Below, piece after piece: positions 25,739-37,609 of a stretch of DNA of 64,000 nt. A program made the translations under genes and the position numbers. Every line of letters starts with the position of its first letter. Positions within the stretch are counted from its first letter, which is position 1. Source of the stretch: Hormiphora californensis (Eukaryota; Animalia; Ctenophora); the NCBI GenBank assembly GCA_020137815.1, contig CM035355.1, positions 62,001 through 126,000 on the forward strand, in the 5' to 3' direction. The notes below the pieces were generated by a model. That model had not been told where the DNA came from. It was given only the letters and a program-made list of their open reading frames with translations, and made no database searches.

Positions 25739-26101
25739 TGTTTCGGGGTGCTCTGGGGGTTTACAGGGGCCAGGGGCGTTGGGTGACCGTACCGATGTAT
25801 TTCCGTAGACAAAGATAAACACAGGATCTTACAAAGGTGAGAAGAAGGTTTCAAGGTAAACGAAGGTATAGATTGATAGGAAGAATCTGACAAACTTTCT
25901 TGCATTCTCACAAAACATCTGAGGTAAAACATCTCTCGCGCGGCGGAATATGGCGTGATTCCGCGCTCGCGATATCTCACAACACATTTGGAACTCTCGC
26001 GCGTTCCATACAAACACTCAAGAAAACTGTGCCACACTCATGGCACACATCGCACACACACGTTACACACACAAACAAACTATCAGTTCACACCTATCAC
26101 A
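25739..26101 (-). repeat. 5' LTR (363 bp)
   Basis: Direct repeat of 20790-21134. Confidence 0.93.
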
Positions 26102-27383
26102 AAGAAAGCTAAGAAAACGGGATACACCTACGACCAATGCATCCGTTATCTTCGACTCAGACTATCTTTCGCCTAGGTGCGATCAATAACTGTTTCCATC
26201 AGGGGGCATCGGGGTAGATTGAGGGGCGAGGGCAACAGGGACGAGCAGCTATATCAAGTGGGGTAATAGACTCATTTTATTTTTAATTTATTACAGTTTT
26301 TATCATTGTTAAGTGTCTATACTATTTATATTCAGGCCGATGTTGGCCGCCACCCCCCCACTACATCGTCCGTCCCCGGGACAGAAACCTCTAAATCCAG
26401 CCGTTTTTGCTCAGTTTGGTTTTACTTTCCGTTCTGCTTGAAATATCGACTTTGCCTATAACTAATTAATTAATTAATTTTGACTATTCCCACTTTTTGC
26501 AGATCATTTTTTATGCATGAAGAACATTCCTACAAAGTTTCAAGTCGATATTTCAAGCAGAACGGAAAATAGAAACGGTGCAGGGGCACGGTGCCCCTGC
26601 ACATGGCATTTCATACACGAACTGTGGCCACACCGTTTGACATTTTCACCTAAAATTTTGTATGCATGTTCCACTAGTACAATTACGAATCATAAATGAG
26701 CATTTGGTGTATGTGAAAGTAATGAAAATAGTATATATGTATTTCAGGTATGACGACATGAAACACTGCAGTACTATTCTCCACACGATCCCCTCCATTG
26801 TGCATAATGAAATGGATAAATTTTCATCCAGTTGCTGTCGATTGAACTCGATAGAGTTCGATTGATTTACCATGACAACGGAGTTGGTTACCATAGCAAC
26901 CAGGGAATCCGTTATAAAATGGTCCTTTCTTGCTATAAACTCCACCTTTAGTTCAAATTTGAGCACCTCTAAAACCAATAAGAGCACTTACTTAATTAAT
27001 GATTAAGGGCATTTCACAGTTTGGTGCCATTATTTTGTCTCTATTTTTAATAGGATTTTTGGATGAGACTGAAAGTATGGGATCATTTGAGAAGTAGTGA
27101 AGATTTAAAATATGTTAGCAACTTGCCGGTTCGACAAACTAAACCCCTATAATTCCAACTTCGGGTCGGACGAGGGGAAGCTTGCCTTTTGCGAGCATAT
27201 CACTGACGTGACGTTACGCGATTTGGACCACACTCGAGTTGCTATTTCAAGGCCGAGACTTCTAAACTCTGTATGATCTTTTTAGCACACGTGCCTTCGG
27301 CATTCACCCGGGCAGGGAAAAATTCAACCGGTAGTGATTTCCGGTCGTGAGATTTTCTTTTTCCGTCTTTGACGGCTTGTTAA

Positions 27384-27721
27384 AGTGAGAGAGAACAGCA
27401 GGGATTTTCACAAAAAGTTATCTGGATACTCCTTGATCGCTAACTAAAACTTAAGTGAAAACCGCATGTCTCTGATCTAGCATGTTTTTGAAAATCGAGC
27501 TAACACATGAGAGACGCACCATTATGGGCCTATTATTTGGGCGTAAATGCATATTGTACATGCAGTTACGCCCATTATGGGCCCATTATGGTGCGACTCG
27601 CATGTGTTAGCTAAATTTTCAAAAACATGCTAGAGACATGCGGTTTTCACTAAAGTTTTAGTTAGCCATCAAGGAGTATCCAGATAAATTTTTGTGAAAA
27701 TCCCTGCTGTTCTCTCTCACT
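27384..27721. mobile_element. Kolobok-like palindromic MITE
   Basis: TTAA-agtgagagagaacagcaggg arms; a one-armed copy at about 60390-60593 interrupts an ORF1 pseudogene. Confidence 0.75.
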
Positions 27722-27962
27722 CAAAGGGCCTAAAAACCCAAATTTTAATTAATTATTTTGAACACTCCATCGTAACAAGCATGCTATTGGAGTCCCAAAA
27801 AGCATAGGCACACGCCACATGGACCCCAGGTGAGCCCAGGGGGAGCCCCTCAAGTTTGGGCCCCTTTGGGGTCCCCTTGTGAGGATATCAAATTGGCCAC
27901 AAATTTTTTGGCGTTTTTTAGTTGAGTGTGCTACAGAGCTCTTTGACCATAAATTCTGAATA

Positions 27963-30592
27963 GGGTAAGCCAGGGCAAAATGGTTAACTTTTTACTTAAT
28001 CGGTTCTCACCCCCGTTTAAAAAAGATAAGATAAAAAAAATTATATAGGATTAAAGTTTATTATTTTATCGTTCAAATAAGATAAATTTCAACTATAGTT
28101 ACTATCATTTACTTAATTAGGGTAGACACTGGCTATTTGAAACAGCTGCTAACTTGAAACAGTGTCTGTCAATCTGAAACACGCGCACTGGCTATTTGAA
28201 ACGGGTTCCCGATCATGTGTTTGACATTTTACATTGCGTGTTATCTGCTCTCTGATTGGGTGATATCGTGTGACGTGTGCTGCTGCAGCAGAGGGAGAGA
28301 TGTATCTTACAAACACTGCAGTGTGTGAAGGGTCTTCAATCAAGACTCTTCATGGTTAGATAATATTTTGTGTGTAGCAGTGCCGTTTGTACAGTGTAGT
28401 GGTTTTCAGTACCTCTTATACTGGTAAATCCGTATAGAAACAATCCTTGTGTTTTAGTAGCGATCACTCCGTATATCTTGCACTGACCCAGTATTACCAC
28501 ACATTAATTGTGCAATTGGCACTATGGGATTTCTCCACTGCGGCCGGCACTGTGAGTAATCAGCCACTATATAAGCTACCCATTGGGTGCGCCTCAAGTA
28601 AGGGCCTTTTGATAACCCACCCGGCTTCGCCGTGTGGCTCATTTCGCCACTTTCAACGTCAATAACACGGTTGCCATGGCAACTGAATTGGTAAACATGG
28701 TGACTGGCATGTTAAAAGCCATTCGAAAATATAAATTAACTTCCACTGGAAGTTCCAAAAGTGTGAATGACAGCTTCACAGCTTTCGTCATATAAAGTGT
28801 TTTATGAAGGAGCAGTCTGTCGCTTAGATACCGCCTAACGAACGACCACCACTTCGACGCGACATCTCCTATACCCAGCCGGAGATTAGCTAAACATTGA
28901 GCTTGCTGAATGCGTGTGTGTGTGTTTGCTCATTACCTCCCGGTGCTACAACCCCTCTACTAATGTATTGACTGGTTAGCAACCAAGATGTAGCTTATAT
29001 AGTGGCTGATTACTCACAGTGCCGGCCGCAGTGGAGAAATCCCATAGTGCCAATTGCACAATTAATGTGTGGTAATACTGGGTCAGTGCAAGATATACGG
29101 AGTGATCGCTACTAAAACACAAGGATTGTTTCTATACGGATTTACCAGTATAAGAGGTACTGAAAACCACTACTAGTGGTTGGGAGTAATGGCCGAGTAT
29201 ATATGAGAGCTTAGTGGACCCCCGGTTACAGGCAATGTTAACGGGGAGCGAAGCTAAGACGGTCCCTGTGACCCCCCAACCTTTTAAACTTGTATATCCT
29301 AATAGACTTGACATGTGGGCAGTAGCGATCCTACTATATCTTGCCAGTACCTCAGCACTATACCCAGCCGGAGAATAGCTAAACATTGAGCTTGCTCAAT
29401 GCGTGTGTGTGTGTTTACTCATTACCTCCCGGTGCTACAACCCCTCTACTAATTTTTGGAAACATTCACTGCACCAAGCACATGTAACAAAATTCAGATT
29501 TCAGACATGGAATGGCTCTGTACAACCCTTTTCTAACTATTCCATGTCGAAAGTCTCGGTTTCGTGGACGAATTGAGGGAGATACGGCTGTTTCAAATTA
29601 GCAGACTGAGGCGGGCTAATTGAAACAGCAAATTTGGATAGATATCACGTGACCCTGACCCCGGAAGACAAAATGAGACATCTCAAACCAATTCAAAAAC
29701 TACCCTGGCCCCTGGGACTGTCTCGGTAACATAGGGTGAACAAATTTTGGGTTCGACTTGATTTGTGGACACGCAAAGGAAAAAAGTGAAAAACTGTTTC
29801 AAATAGCCAGTGTCTACCCTAAATACCTAATTTAAAAATTTTGGTAGGCAAAATTGGTACCGGGGCAAAATGGTTAACTCGCCCGTAGCGCCAAAACTAA
29901 GCATTTTCGAGTATATGTTTGTTTATAAGTCATATATAAACCTGGCCATTCCGGAGCGGATTCTATAAGGAAAAATCCATTGGGTCACCCAATTAGCCAC
30001 AATCAGCATACCCATCTTGGCACACACAAAAAACGCGTCTAGACGTCATATTTCACTAATTCGCCCATAACTCCAAAACTAAGCATTTGAGACCACATTT
30101 TGCCTCATAAGTCATATATAAACATGGTCTTATGAAGCAACATATGGTATAAAATGCTTAGTTTTGGAGTTATAACTCATAAATGGCGAATTAATGAAAT
30201 ATGACGTCTTTTGTGTGTGCCAAGATGGGTATGCTGATTGTGGCTAATTGGGTGACCCAAATGATTTTTCCTTACAGAATCCGCTCCGGAATGGCCAGAT
30301 TTATATGACTTATGAACAAACATATACTCTAAAATGCTTAGTTTTGGCGCTACGGGCGAGTTAACCATTTTGCCCCGGTACCAATTTTGCCTACCAAAAT
30401 TTTTAAATTAGGTATTTAATTAAGTAAATGATGGTCCCTAGAGTTGAAATTTATCTTATATGTATTATTATTTGAACGATAAAATAATGAACTTTAATCC
30501 TATATAATTTTTTTCATCTTATCTTTTTTTAACGGGGGTGAGAGCCGATTAAGTAAAAAGTAAAAGTAAAACCATTTTGCCCCGGTTTACCC
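27963..30592. mobile_element. TA-flanked TIR element with nested MITEs
   Basis: gggtaagccagggcaaaatggtt / aaccattttgccccggtttaccc; nested 28120-29819 (gggtagacactggctatttgaaac TIR, TA TSD) and inner IR at about 28398-29173. Confidence 0.7.
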
Positions 30593-31917
30593 TATATAAT
30601 TCAGCGGGGGGAACTCAGAAATGAGTTCTTCGTGCCAGCTGAGCTCTTCAAGCTCAGTCCAGTTGCCGTGGACCTGGTTGGCTGATGGTCCAGTGATTAC
30701 GGTCAAATCACACCGGCTCTCTCCCCAAGTACGGGGAGTAAACTTTGCCAGAGACTTTGCCGGACTCAATTATGGCACCGAGCTCTTGCAGTGAAACTAT
30801 ACCAGTTGAACTGATAATCTCACCCCCGCCAGTAACTTTGTTACGCATGGCACCGAGCTCTTGCAGTGCAACTGATCCCAGTTGAACTGATAATCTCACT
30901 TGAAATAGGGTCTATCCCTAGGTTGAGTAAACGGAATTTATTAAATTAAATCCCAGTTACTAAGCCTACTTAATCGCGGTCGCTGATGACCATTATGAAT
31001 CAGCGCATAACCTCCATGATAACAATGGCTAGACTACCGGGACATTGCCGAGAATATTCTCACTCCCGACCAAACACTCGACCTGAAAAAACTCACCTAA
31101 CTTGCAGCCAGATGCAACCACCCCTAACCATCCTGATCTGAAACAGGTAACAGAGTCGAGACTGTTACGAGGGACTACACACACGCACATCTACCTTAGG
31201 ACCCGCGAGTAATGGGGCAGGTCTGGGCCCACTCGGCCACCCCGCCTCCTTAGGCAAGTACAGTCGGACCCCGATTTAACGGCCCCCGATTTAGCGGCAC
31301 CCCGATTTAACGGCAGGATAAATTTCCCCCCAAAATTTTTTGAAATTTATTTTTTTGAAATTTTTTTTGAAATTTTTTTTAAAAACCACGTCCGAATCGT
31401 GTTTCGAATCGGTGCATGTCTTGCCGTAGTTAGGGGCGGGAATGGAAAATTTCTCCCCGAATTGGAAAAAAAATGGTACCAGCCAATTTCTTCACCAATG
31501 TGTCCCAAATGGTCCCCAGAAACACCAAAAAGTTTTGTCCGGCTCGGGATGAAGGGCAGAGGGTCCATTTCCGGGTTTATATGCATGCGCATCAAGTACT
31601 CAATCAATCAATCAATCAATCAACCCCCTGTGGGGGGGGGATAAAAAATCTTGAAAATTGGAGTTTTGGTCCCGGAAAAAGGGTCTACTCCGACCGGAAA
31701 CGTCGTGTTAGTGGGGGTAGAGCATGTCAAATTTATCATTAAACCATTCGCTAATGAGATAATTACATAATTAGTATACTAATTATCGAAAAATCGTAAA
31801 AATTGGAGTTTTGGACCCGAAAATGACTCACCCCGACCGGAAACCGCGTGTTAGTGGGGGTAGAGCAGGTCAAAATTACCCTCAAACCATTTGCTGATGA
31901 TATAATTACATAATTAG

Positions 31918-33430
31918 TCTGACCCTACTAGACACCCAAAGACCCTCCCAGATAGCCCTGTGACCCTCGCAGATACCCCTCTGACCCTATTAGATACCCT
32001 AAGACCCTCTGAGATACCCCTCTGACCCTATTAGATACCCTAAGACCCTCCCAGATACCCCATGACCCTACTAGATAGCCCTCTGACCCTCCCAGATAGC
32101 CCTCTGACCCTCCCAGATACCCCACTGACCCTACTAGATACCCATCTGACCGTGCCATATATTCCCCTCTGACCCTCCTAGATAGCCCTCTGACCCTCCC
32201 AGATAGCCCTCTGACCCTAACTGATACCCCTCTGACCCTATTAGATATCCTCTGACCCTCCCAGATAACCCTCTGACCCTCCCAGATAGCCCTCTGACCC
32301 TCCCAGATACCCCTCTGACTCTCCCAGATAGCCCACTGACCCTACTATATACCCATCTGACCGTCCCATATACCCCTCTGACCCTCCTAGATAGCCCTCT
32401 GACCCAATCTGATACCTCTCTGACCCTATTAGATATCCTCTGACCCTCCCAGATAACCCTCTGACCCTCCCAGATAACCGTCTGACACTCCCAGCTACCC
32501 CTCTGACTCTACTAGATACCCATCCGACCCTCGCAGATAACCCTCAAACCGTCTCAGATACCCCTCTGGCCCTCCCAGACAACCTCATAAGGCCTTAGAC
32601 CATGCTAGATACCTCTCAAACCCCGTTAGATAACCGTCTGATCCTACTAGATACCATAGTCCCTCCCAGATACCCCACTGACAGTGCTTCGCACTAGGCA
32701 GCGTCCTGGTAGAAGAAGATACCCCTCTGATCCTACCTGATACCCCTCTGACCCTATTAGATTCCCTATGACCCTCCCAGACAATTGCCCTTATCGTCTT
32801 CCCAACCCGTAGGCCGTGCTTTGGGAGGACCAGAGGGGTATCTGGAAGGGCCTTAGAGTATCTAATAGGGTCAGAGGGGTATCAGGTAGGACCAAAGGGG
32901 TATCTTCTTCTACGAGGAGTGGCTAGTGTGGAGCACTCTCAGGGGGGAATCCGGGTATCTGGGAGGGACTAGGGTATCTAGTAGTATCAGAAGGTTATCT
33001 GGTGGGGTTTGAGGGGTATCTAGCATGGTCTACAGGTCAGAGGGGTATATGGGACGGTCAGATGGGTATATAGTAGGGTCAGTGGGGTATCTGGGAGGGT
33101 CAGAGGGGTATATATGGCACGGTCAGATGGGTATCTAGTAGGGTCAGTGGGGTATCTGGGAGGGTCAGAGGGCTATCTGGGAGGGTCAGAGGGCTATCTA
33201 GTAGGGTCAGGGGTATCTGGGAGGGTCTTAGGGTATCTAATAGGGTCAGAGGGGTATCTGCGAGGGTCACAGGGCTATCTGGGAGGGTCTTTGGGTGTTT
33301 AGTAGGGTCAGAGGGCTATCTGGGAGGGTCAGAGGGGTATCTGGGAGGATCAGAGGGTTATCTGGGAGGGTCAAAGGGGTACCTGGGAGGGTCAGAGGAG
33401 TATCTAGTAGGGTCTGAGGGGTATCAGGTA
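31918..33430. repeat. Inverted pair of 21-bp minisatellite arrays (gaccctcccagatacccctct)
   Basis: C-rich units 31918-32780, reverse-complement G-rich units 32823-33430. Confidence 0.9.
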
Positions 33431-33433
33431 CAG

Positions 33434-35145
33434 CTGTCTCACATTTCTCTTATCTATTTTGTATCTCGAGCAGCGCTCTGCATACTTGTACACCTGCTAG
33501 TGTTCCTGACCCAGTACACCTGTACTGGCCAACCAGTTCCAGATGGATCGAGCGTTCTCAACATGGCAACATTCAGTTCCTGGCGACAATGCAGGCGTAG
33601 CGGACTTCATCCGGCTAGAGACCTCAATCCTGGCTACTATGAGAAGAATCGGGGGCTACCCTGACTCCAACAAGGAGGGTGGTGAATTTGATCCCAACAA
33701 GATCACTACCAGCAAACTATCGAGTCTTGACACCAACAAGAAGGTAAAGTTGATTGCAGACATGGCCGGTCTGCTCTGGTTCCGAGCTCTGCCCCTGTCG
33801 AAGTTAGCTAGAAAACAGTTTGAGCTAGTGGAAGAGAAACCAAATCTTGACGAGTCTAAGGAGAAGGTGGAGAAACTACTGGGACACTTAGAGCACACCA
33901 GAGACCGTCTCGACACTGTCAAGGACGAGCTACTGGAGCGTGACAGGAAAATGATCACCCTTCAAGAAGAGATTAGTGCCCTAAAAGACTCCATTATCTC
34001 GATGAAGGATTCTCAACTGGAGAGTAGCATCAATGCTGTCCAGACTGTTGTAAAAGAGGAAATGAACAGCTATTCATCTGCCCTTCAGACCGCTGCTACC
34101 AACATGAAGCAGACGTGTGTATCTGCTCTAGCTCCCACCAAGATACGTGCTGCCCTGGCCAGCGCCACAGTTGACCGTTCTGCAAATCTAATAGTCTATG
34201 GTCTAGCCGAGAACAATGATGACAGCGACTCTACCAGGGTAAAGGAATTGTTTCAGAATTTGGCCGAGGCACATGTTTTGGTGGAGGTTGATAGACTGGG
34301 GAGGAGGCGTGATGAGCATGTGCGTCCTGTTCGTGTGGTATTGAGGAGCAGGGAAGTAGCTAGGACCATTTTGGGCAAATCTGCTCAGCTGAGGGACTCC
34401 GATACTCATCAGTCTGTATACATTTCCCCAGACAGAACTCTAGAAGAAAGGGCTGAAAGGAGGGATCTTGTTGCCAGAATGAGAGAGAAGAGGGAGAAAG
34501 AGCCAGAGAAGGTTTTTAGAATCAGGAGAGGCTCTGTTATCGAGATCAATGAGTGAGTGATTTTATGTGTGAGAAGGGGAGAGACTTATCCTGCATTTTC
34601 GGAACGTGTTCGTCTCACCATTGCGCGTCGCATGCTGTACCAAACCCGAGTGAACAAGCTAACAATAGTGCAATTACATGCGCGCGATGTACTATATCGC
34701 ATGGAAGTTCACTATTGTTAGCTCGCTCACCCGGGCTAGCTCCTGCACCCGCGACGCGCAATGCCGAGACGAACACGCTCCGAAAAGAGAGCATGAGCTG
34801 CTATATCGTGTATGTTCTTGTGCTCGGGCGAGAATGAGAACGAGAGAGGGAGACATGAGCTTTGATAAACCACTACATATTCACTTCATTTTACAGAATT
34901 TCTATAATTATTACCATTATTACCTTTGAAGTGTGAAACATATTGTTCGGACACGGTGGGTACCAGGGTGGGGCATCCTGGTAAACGCACACAAAAGACC
35001 TTACCCGTCTTCGTGCTATTAGCCTTGATGCGTCACTCTGTATCCCCACCCAGTTTTGTCCAGTGTGGCTGGTTTTCTTGACATTATATATTTAATTTCG
35101 GCACATGCCACTGCCAGCGGCAGTTTTGATTGATTGATTGATTGA
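33434..35145 (+). mobile_element. ORF1-only non-autonomous LINE-like element, (TTGA)n tail
   Basis: Single ORF1-like CDS, no ORF2, conserved 200-nt 3' region and terminal hairpin shared with 52155-53118 and 56683-62352; 5' end approximate. Confidence 0.8.
33543..34556 (+). CDS. LINE ORF1-like protein (coiled coil + RRM/CTD, CR1/L2 type), 337 aa
   Basis: Heptad-rich segment, then RSANLIVYGLAE, RLG..RPVRVVL, VYISPDRTLEERAERR, FRIRRG; paralogues elsewhere in window. Confidence 0.85.
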   Translation: MDRAFSTWQHSVPGDNAGVADFIRLETSILATMRRIGGYPDSNKEGGEFDPNKITTSKLSSLDTNKKVKLIADMAGLLWFRALPLSKLARKQFELVEEKPNLDESKEKVEKLLGHLEHTRDRLDTVKDELLERDRKMITLQEEISALKDSIISMKDSQLESSINAVQTVVKEEMNSYSSALQTAATNMKQTCVSALAPTKIRAALASATVDRSANLIVYGLAENNDDSDSTRVKELFQNLAEAHVLVEVDRLGRRRDEHVRPVRVVLRSREVARTILGKSAQLRDSDTHQSVYISPDRTLEERAERRDLVARMREKREKEPEKVFRIRRGSVIEINE

Positions 35146-37578
35146 GCTGGTACACTCATTTTCCGGGTCCAAAACTCCAATTTTTACGATTTTTCGAGAA
35201 TTAGTCGACTAATTATGTAATTATATCATCAGCAAATGGTTTGAGGGTAATTTTGACCTGCTCTACCCCCACTAACACGCGGTTTACGGTCGGGGTGAGT
35301 CATTTTCGGGTCCAAAACTCCAATTTTTACGATTTTTCGATAATTAGTATACTAATTATGTAATTATCTCATTAGCGAATGGTTTAATGATAAATTTGAC
35401 ATGCTCTACCCCCACTAACACGATGTTTCCGGTCGGAGTAGACCCTTTTTCCGGGACCAAAACTCCAATTTTCAAGATTTTTTATCCCCCCCTCACAGTA
35501 CTTGATGCGCATGCATATAAACCCGGAAATGGACCATCTGCCCTTCATCCCGAGCCGGACAAAACTTTTTGGTGTTTCTGGGGACCATTTGGGACACATT
35601 GGTGAAAGAATTGGCTGGTACCATTTTTTTCCAATTCTCAAGCCCCATGTTAAAGTGAATATATCGTGTCTGAATGAATGACCCTGTGATACACACGTGC
35701 AACCGTACCGTGTAACCGTACCGTGTAACCGTACCGTGTAACCTACTGTGTAACCGAACCGTACTGTAACCGTACTATAACCGTCCGTAATATCAGGAAC
35801 TCTCGCTAATAGCAGAACTGTATCTCGATCCTTGTTGGGCAAGGATCTGGACTGAATGAAGACTGGAGAAACACAAGAAATAAAAACTGTAAATAGATAA
35901 ACTACAATTGGTAGTAGGTAGTAGTCTCTTGATAGTGCGCTGGTTATCGCCCCCCTCCATCCTTCCTCTTCCTCCTTTATACCTCCTCGTAGCTCGGTCT
36001 GCAGTCATAACATCTTCTTTGATGTCCAAACAAGTCCTCGGTGTTGTGTCTGCAACTAGCGCATCTTCTAAACAATTATATCTTGACGTGGAGATTGATG
36101 ATGACGTGACTGCTCCGGCGCTGCATCTTAGATTGTAGATCTGACTTCGAGGTGACAAGACTCCTGCTGCGAGCATGCGTCTTCTTGACGTGGGGATTGA
36201 GTTGCTTCTATCTTCATTACTACTACTACTGGGTTGTGATCCTCTGTTGAGATCCTCTTCATAGGGTAACATGATCCTCTGTCTTGAATCAAGACAGAGG
36301 ATCATGTTACCCTATGAAGACTCTTGATCCTCTAGGATAGTGCTCTGCACCCTTAACAGCATGCACATGCCACACATACATGCAATGTGACACTCTTTCT
36401 ATATACTGTCAAATATCTTCACACTCTTTCTCTCTTTCCACTGTAAAATGATCTCCGCTCTAAAACCATAACTCAACACCCATGCCCCTAACTACCGGTA
36501 ATTAGACGGTTCGAAACGAACAGATATTTTGATATTCAAATTCTTCCTCACCCCGCTTAAAGTGTCCCGATTCGGCATGGTATCACGTATCGGTTCGTCT
36601 AATTAGCAGCAAGACATGCGATAAGAGCACTGATTCGATAAACGATTCGGACGTGGTTGATATAGTACCTTAGAAAATTTTTATAACTTATTTTGAAATT
36701 ATTTTGAAATGACTTTCTTTTTCTAATCAGAAATGATCATGTAATCAATACATGGACATTGCATTTAACACTTAGAGGTGTTTTAGTATAGCATTTTGGA
36801 CAAAAATAGGGTTTTATGGGCCAAATATGCTCTACCCCGATTTAACGGACACCCCGATTTAACGGACAAAACCCTTTCCCCCAAGTAGTAGGAGACACTA
36901 GCGTGGTACACACAAAAAAATGTGCGCCACACACCTGTTATTTTAGGTATGTGGCACGCATTTTTTTGCGCGTACCACGCTAGTGTCTCCCACTAAAGGG
37001 TGCCGTTAAGTCGGGGTCCGACTGTATTAAATCCGCAAAATGCACACCACTGGGGGCTGATACTTGCGTAATGCCTCACAGTGTTACTTTAAGTGTAGAC
37101 GCTTAACCGTGCAATATAAGTCTAAGAAATTAGACTTTTCCGGACCTCCTGGCTGTATGCAGATCTGTGTACTAGCGGTATCGACCCAAGGCCTAGAGTG
37201 TGATAAGATTTGTCAACCGACACAGGCCTCACGGGCTGTGAGTTATCGCTGTGACAAATTCGGAAGACCCACCTACTTCTACAGCTCCTTGCAGCAGTAG
37301 TAACCGAAGACCAGCCAGGGAGGCAGGTAAATTTCACCCATTGTCCTAACATACAAGACACGCTGGTCTTTATTAAGCCGTGAATCAAAACTCTTCTTGT
37401 GGTGCCGGAACAGTTCGAGGGAAATGTGGAGCTTGCTCTGCAGAACACCAGGACTGAACCGGAGAACACCAACACTGTCCCTTTGTGTGGAGGGTAGTGG
37501 CGTGGAGTGATTATAATGGAGGTCGGCTGTCGACCTATGAAGGGGCAGCACAGTGGGCGGAATGATGGGAGGTGCTAA

Positions 37579-37609
<31 letters not shown>

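Larger units (their letters stand above)
20790..26101 (-). mobile_element. Full-length Ty1/copia LTR retrotransposon, GalEa-like
   Basis: TG..CA LTRs, 5-bp TSD aagaa (20785-20789, 26102-26106), tRNA-iMet PBS, PPT, single gag-PR-IN-RT-RH ORF. Confidence 0.95.
20560..26220 (+). pseudogene. CRE-like non-LTR retrotransposon restriction-like endonuclease remnant, split by the LTR element
   Basis: FDVRVFNP..HEREKK..Y..RV.EVE..SFTPLV.STTGG.G.E (20560-20789) resumes after the LTR element as ..IRYLRLRLSFA*VRS..SIRG.RG (26107-26220). Confidence 0.7.
31261..37024. mobile_element. Tc1/mariner-like MITE shell containing nested elements
   Basis: TA-cagtcggacccc ... ggggtccgactg-TA; internal inverted arms at about 31465-31918 and 35205-35635. 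Confidence 0.75.
30602..37604 (+). mobile_element. About 1.24-kb non-coding structured retroposon (family X), split by a 5.8-kb composite insertion
   Basis: TSD accctat(a/g)taatt at 30589-30601 and 37605-37617; (CA)n tail; 30602-31260 plus 37027-37350 collinear with 62731-63830. Confidence 0.72.

Noticed and set aside
26740-26865. Possible host exon after tttcag
   Set aside because: No partner exons or protein similarity recognisable; cannot be supported without RNA data
31928-33302. Gly-rich GSEGYL repeat ORFs
   Set aside because: Translations of the 21-bp minisatellite
35785-36358. Possible solo LTR, and the 170-aa minus ORF
   Set aside because: No matching TG..CA ends with TSD found; ORF has no recognisable motif
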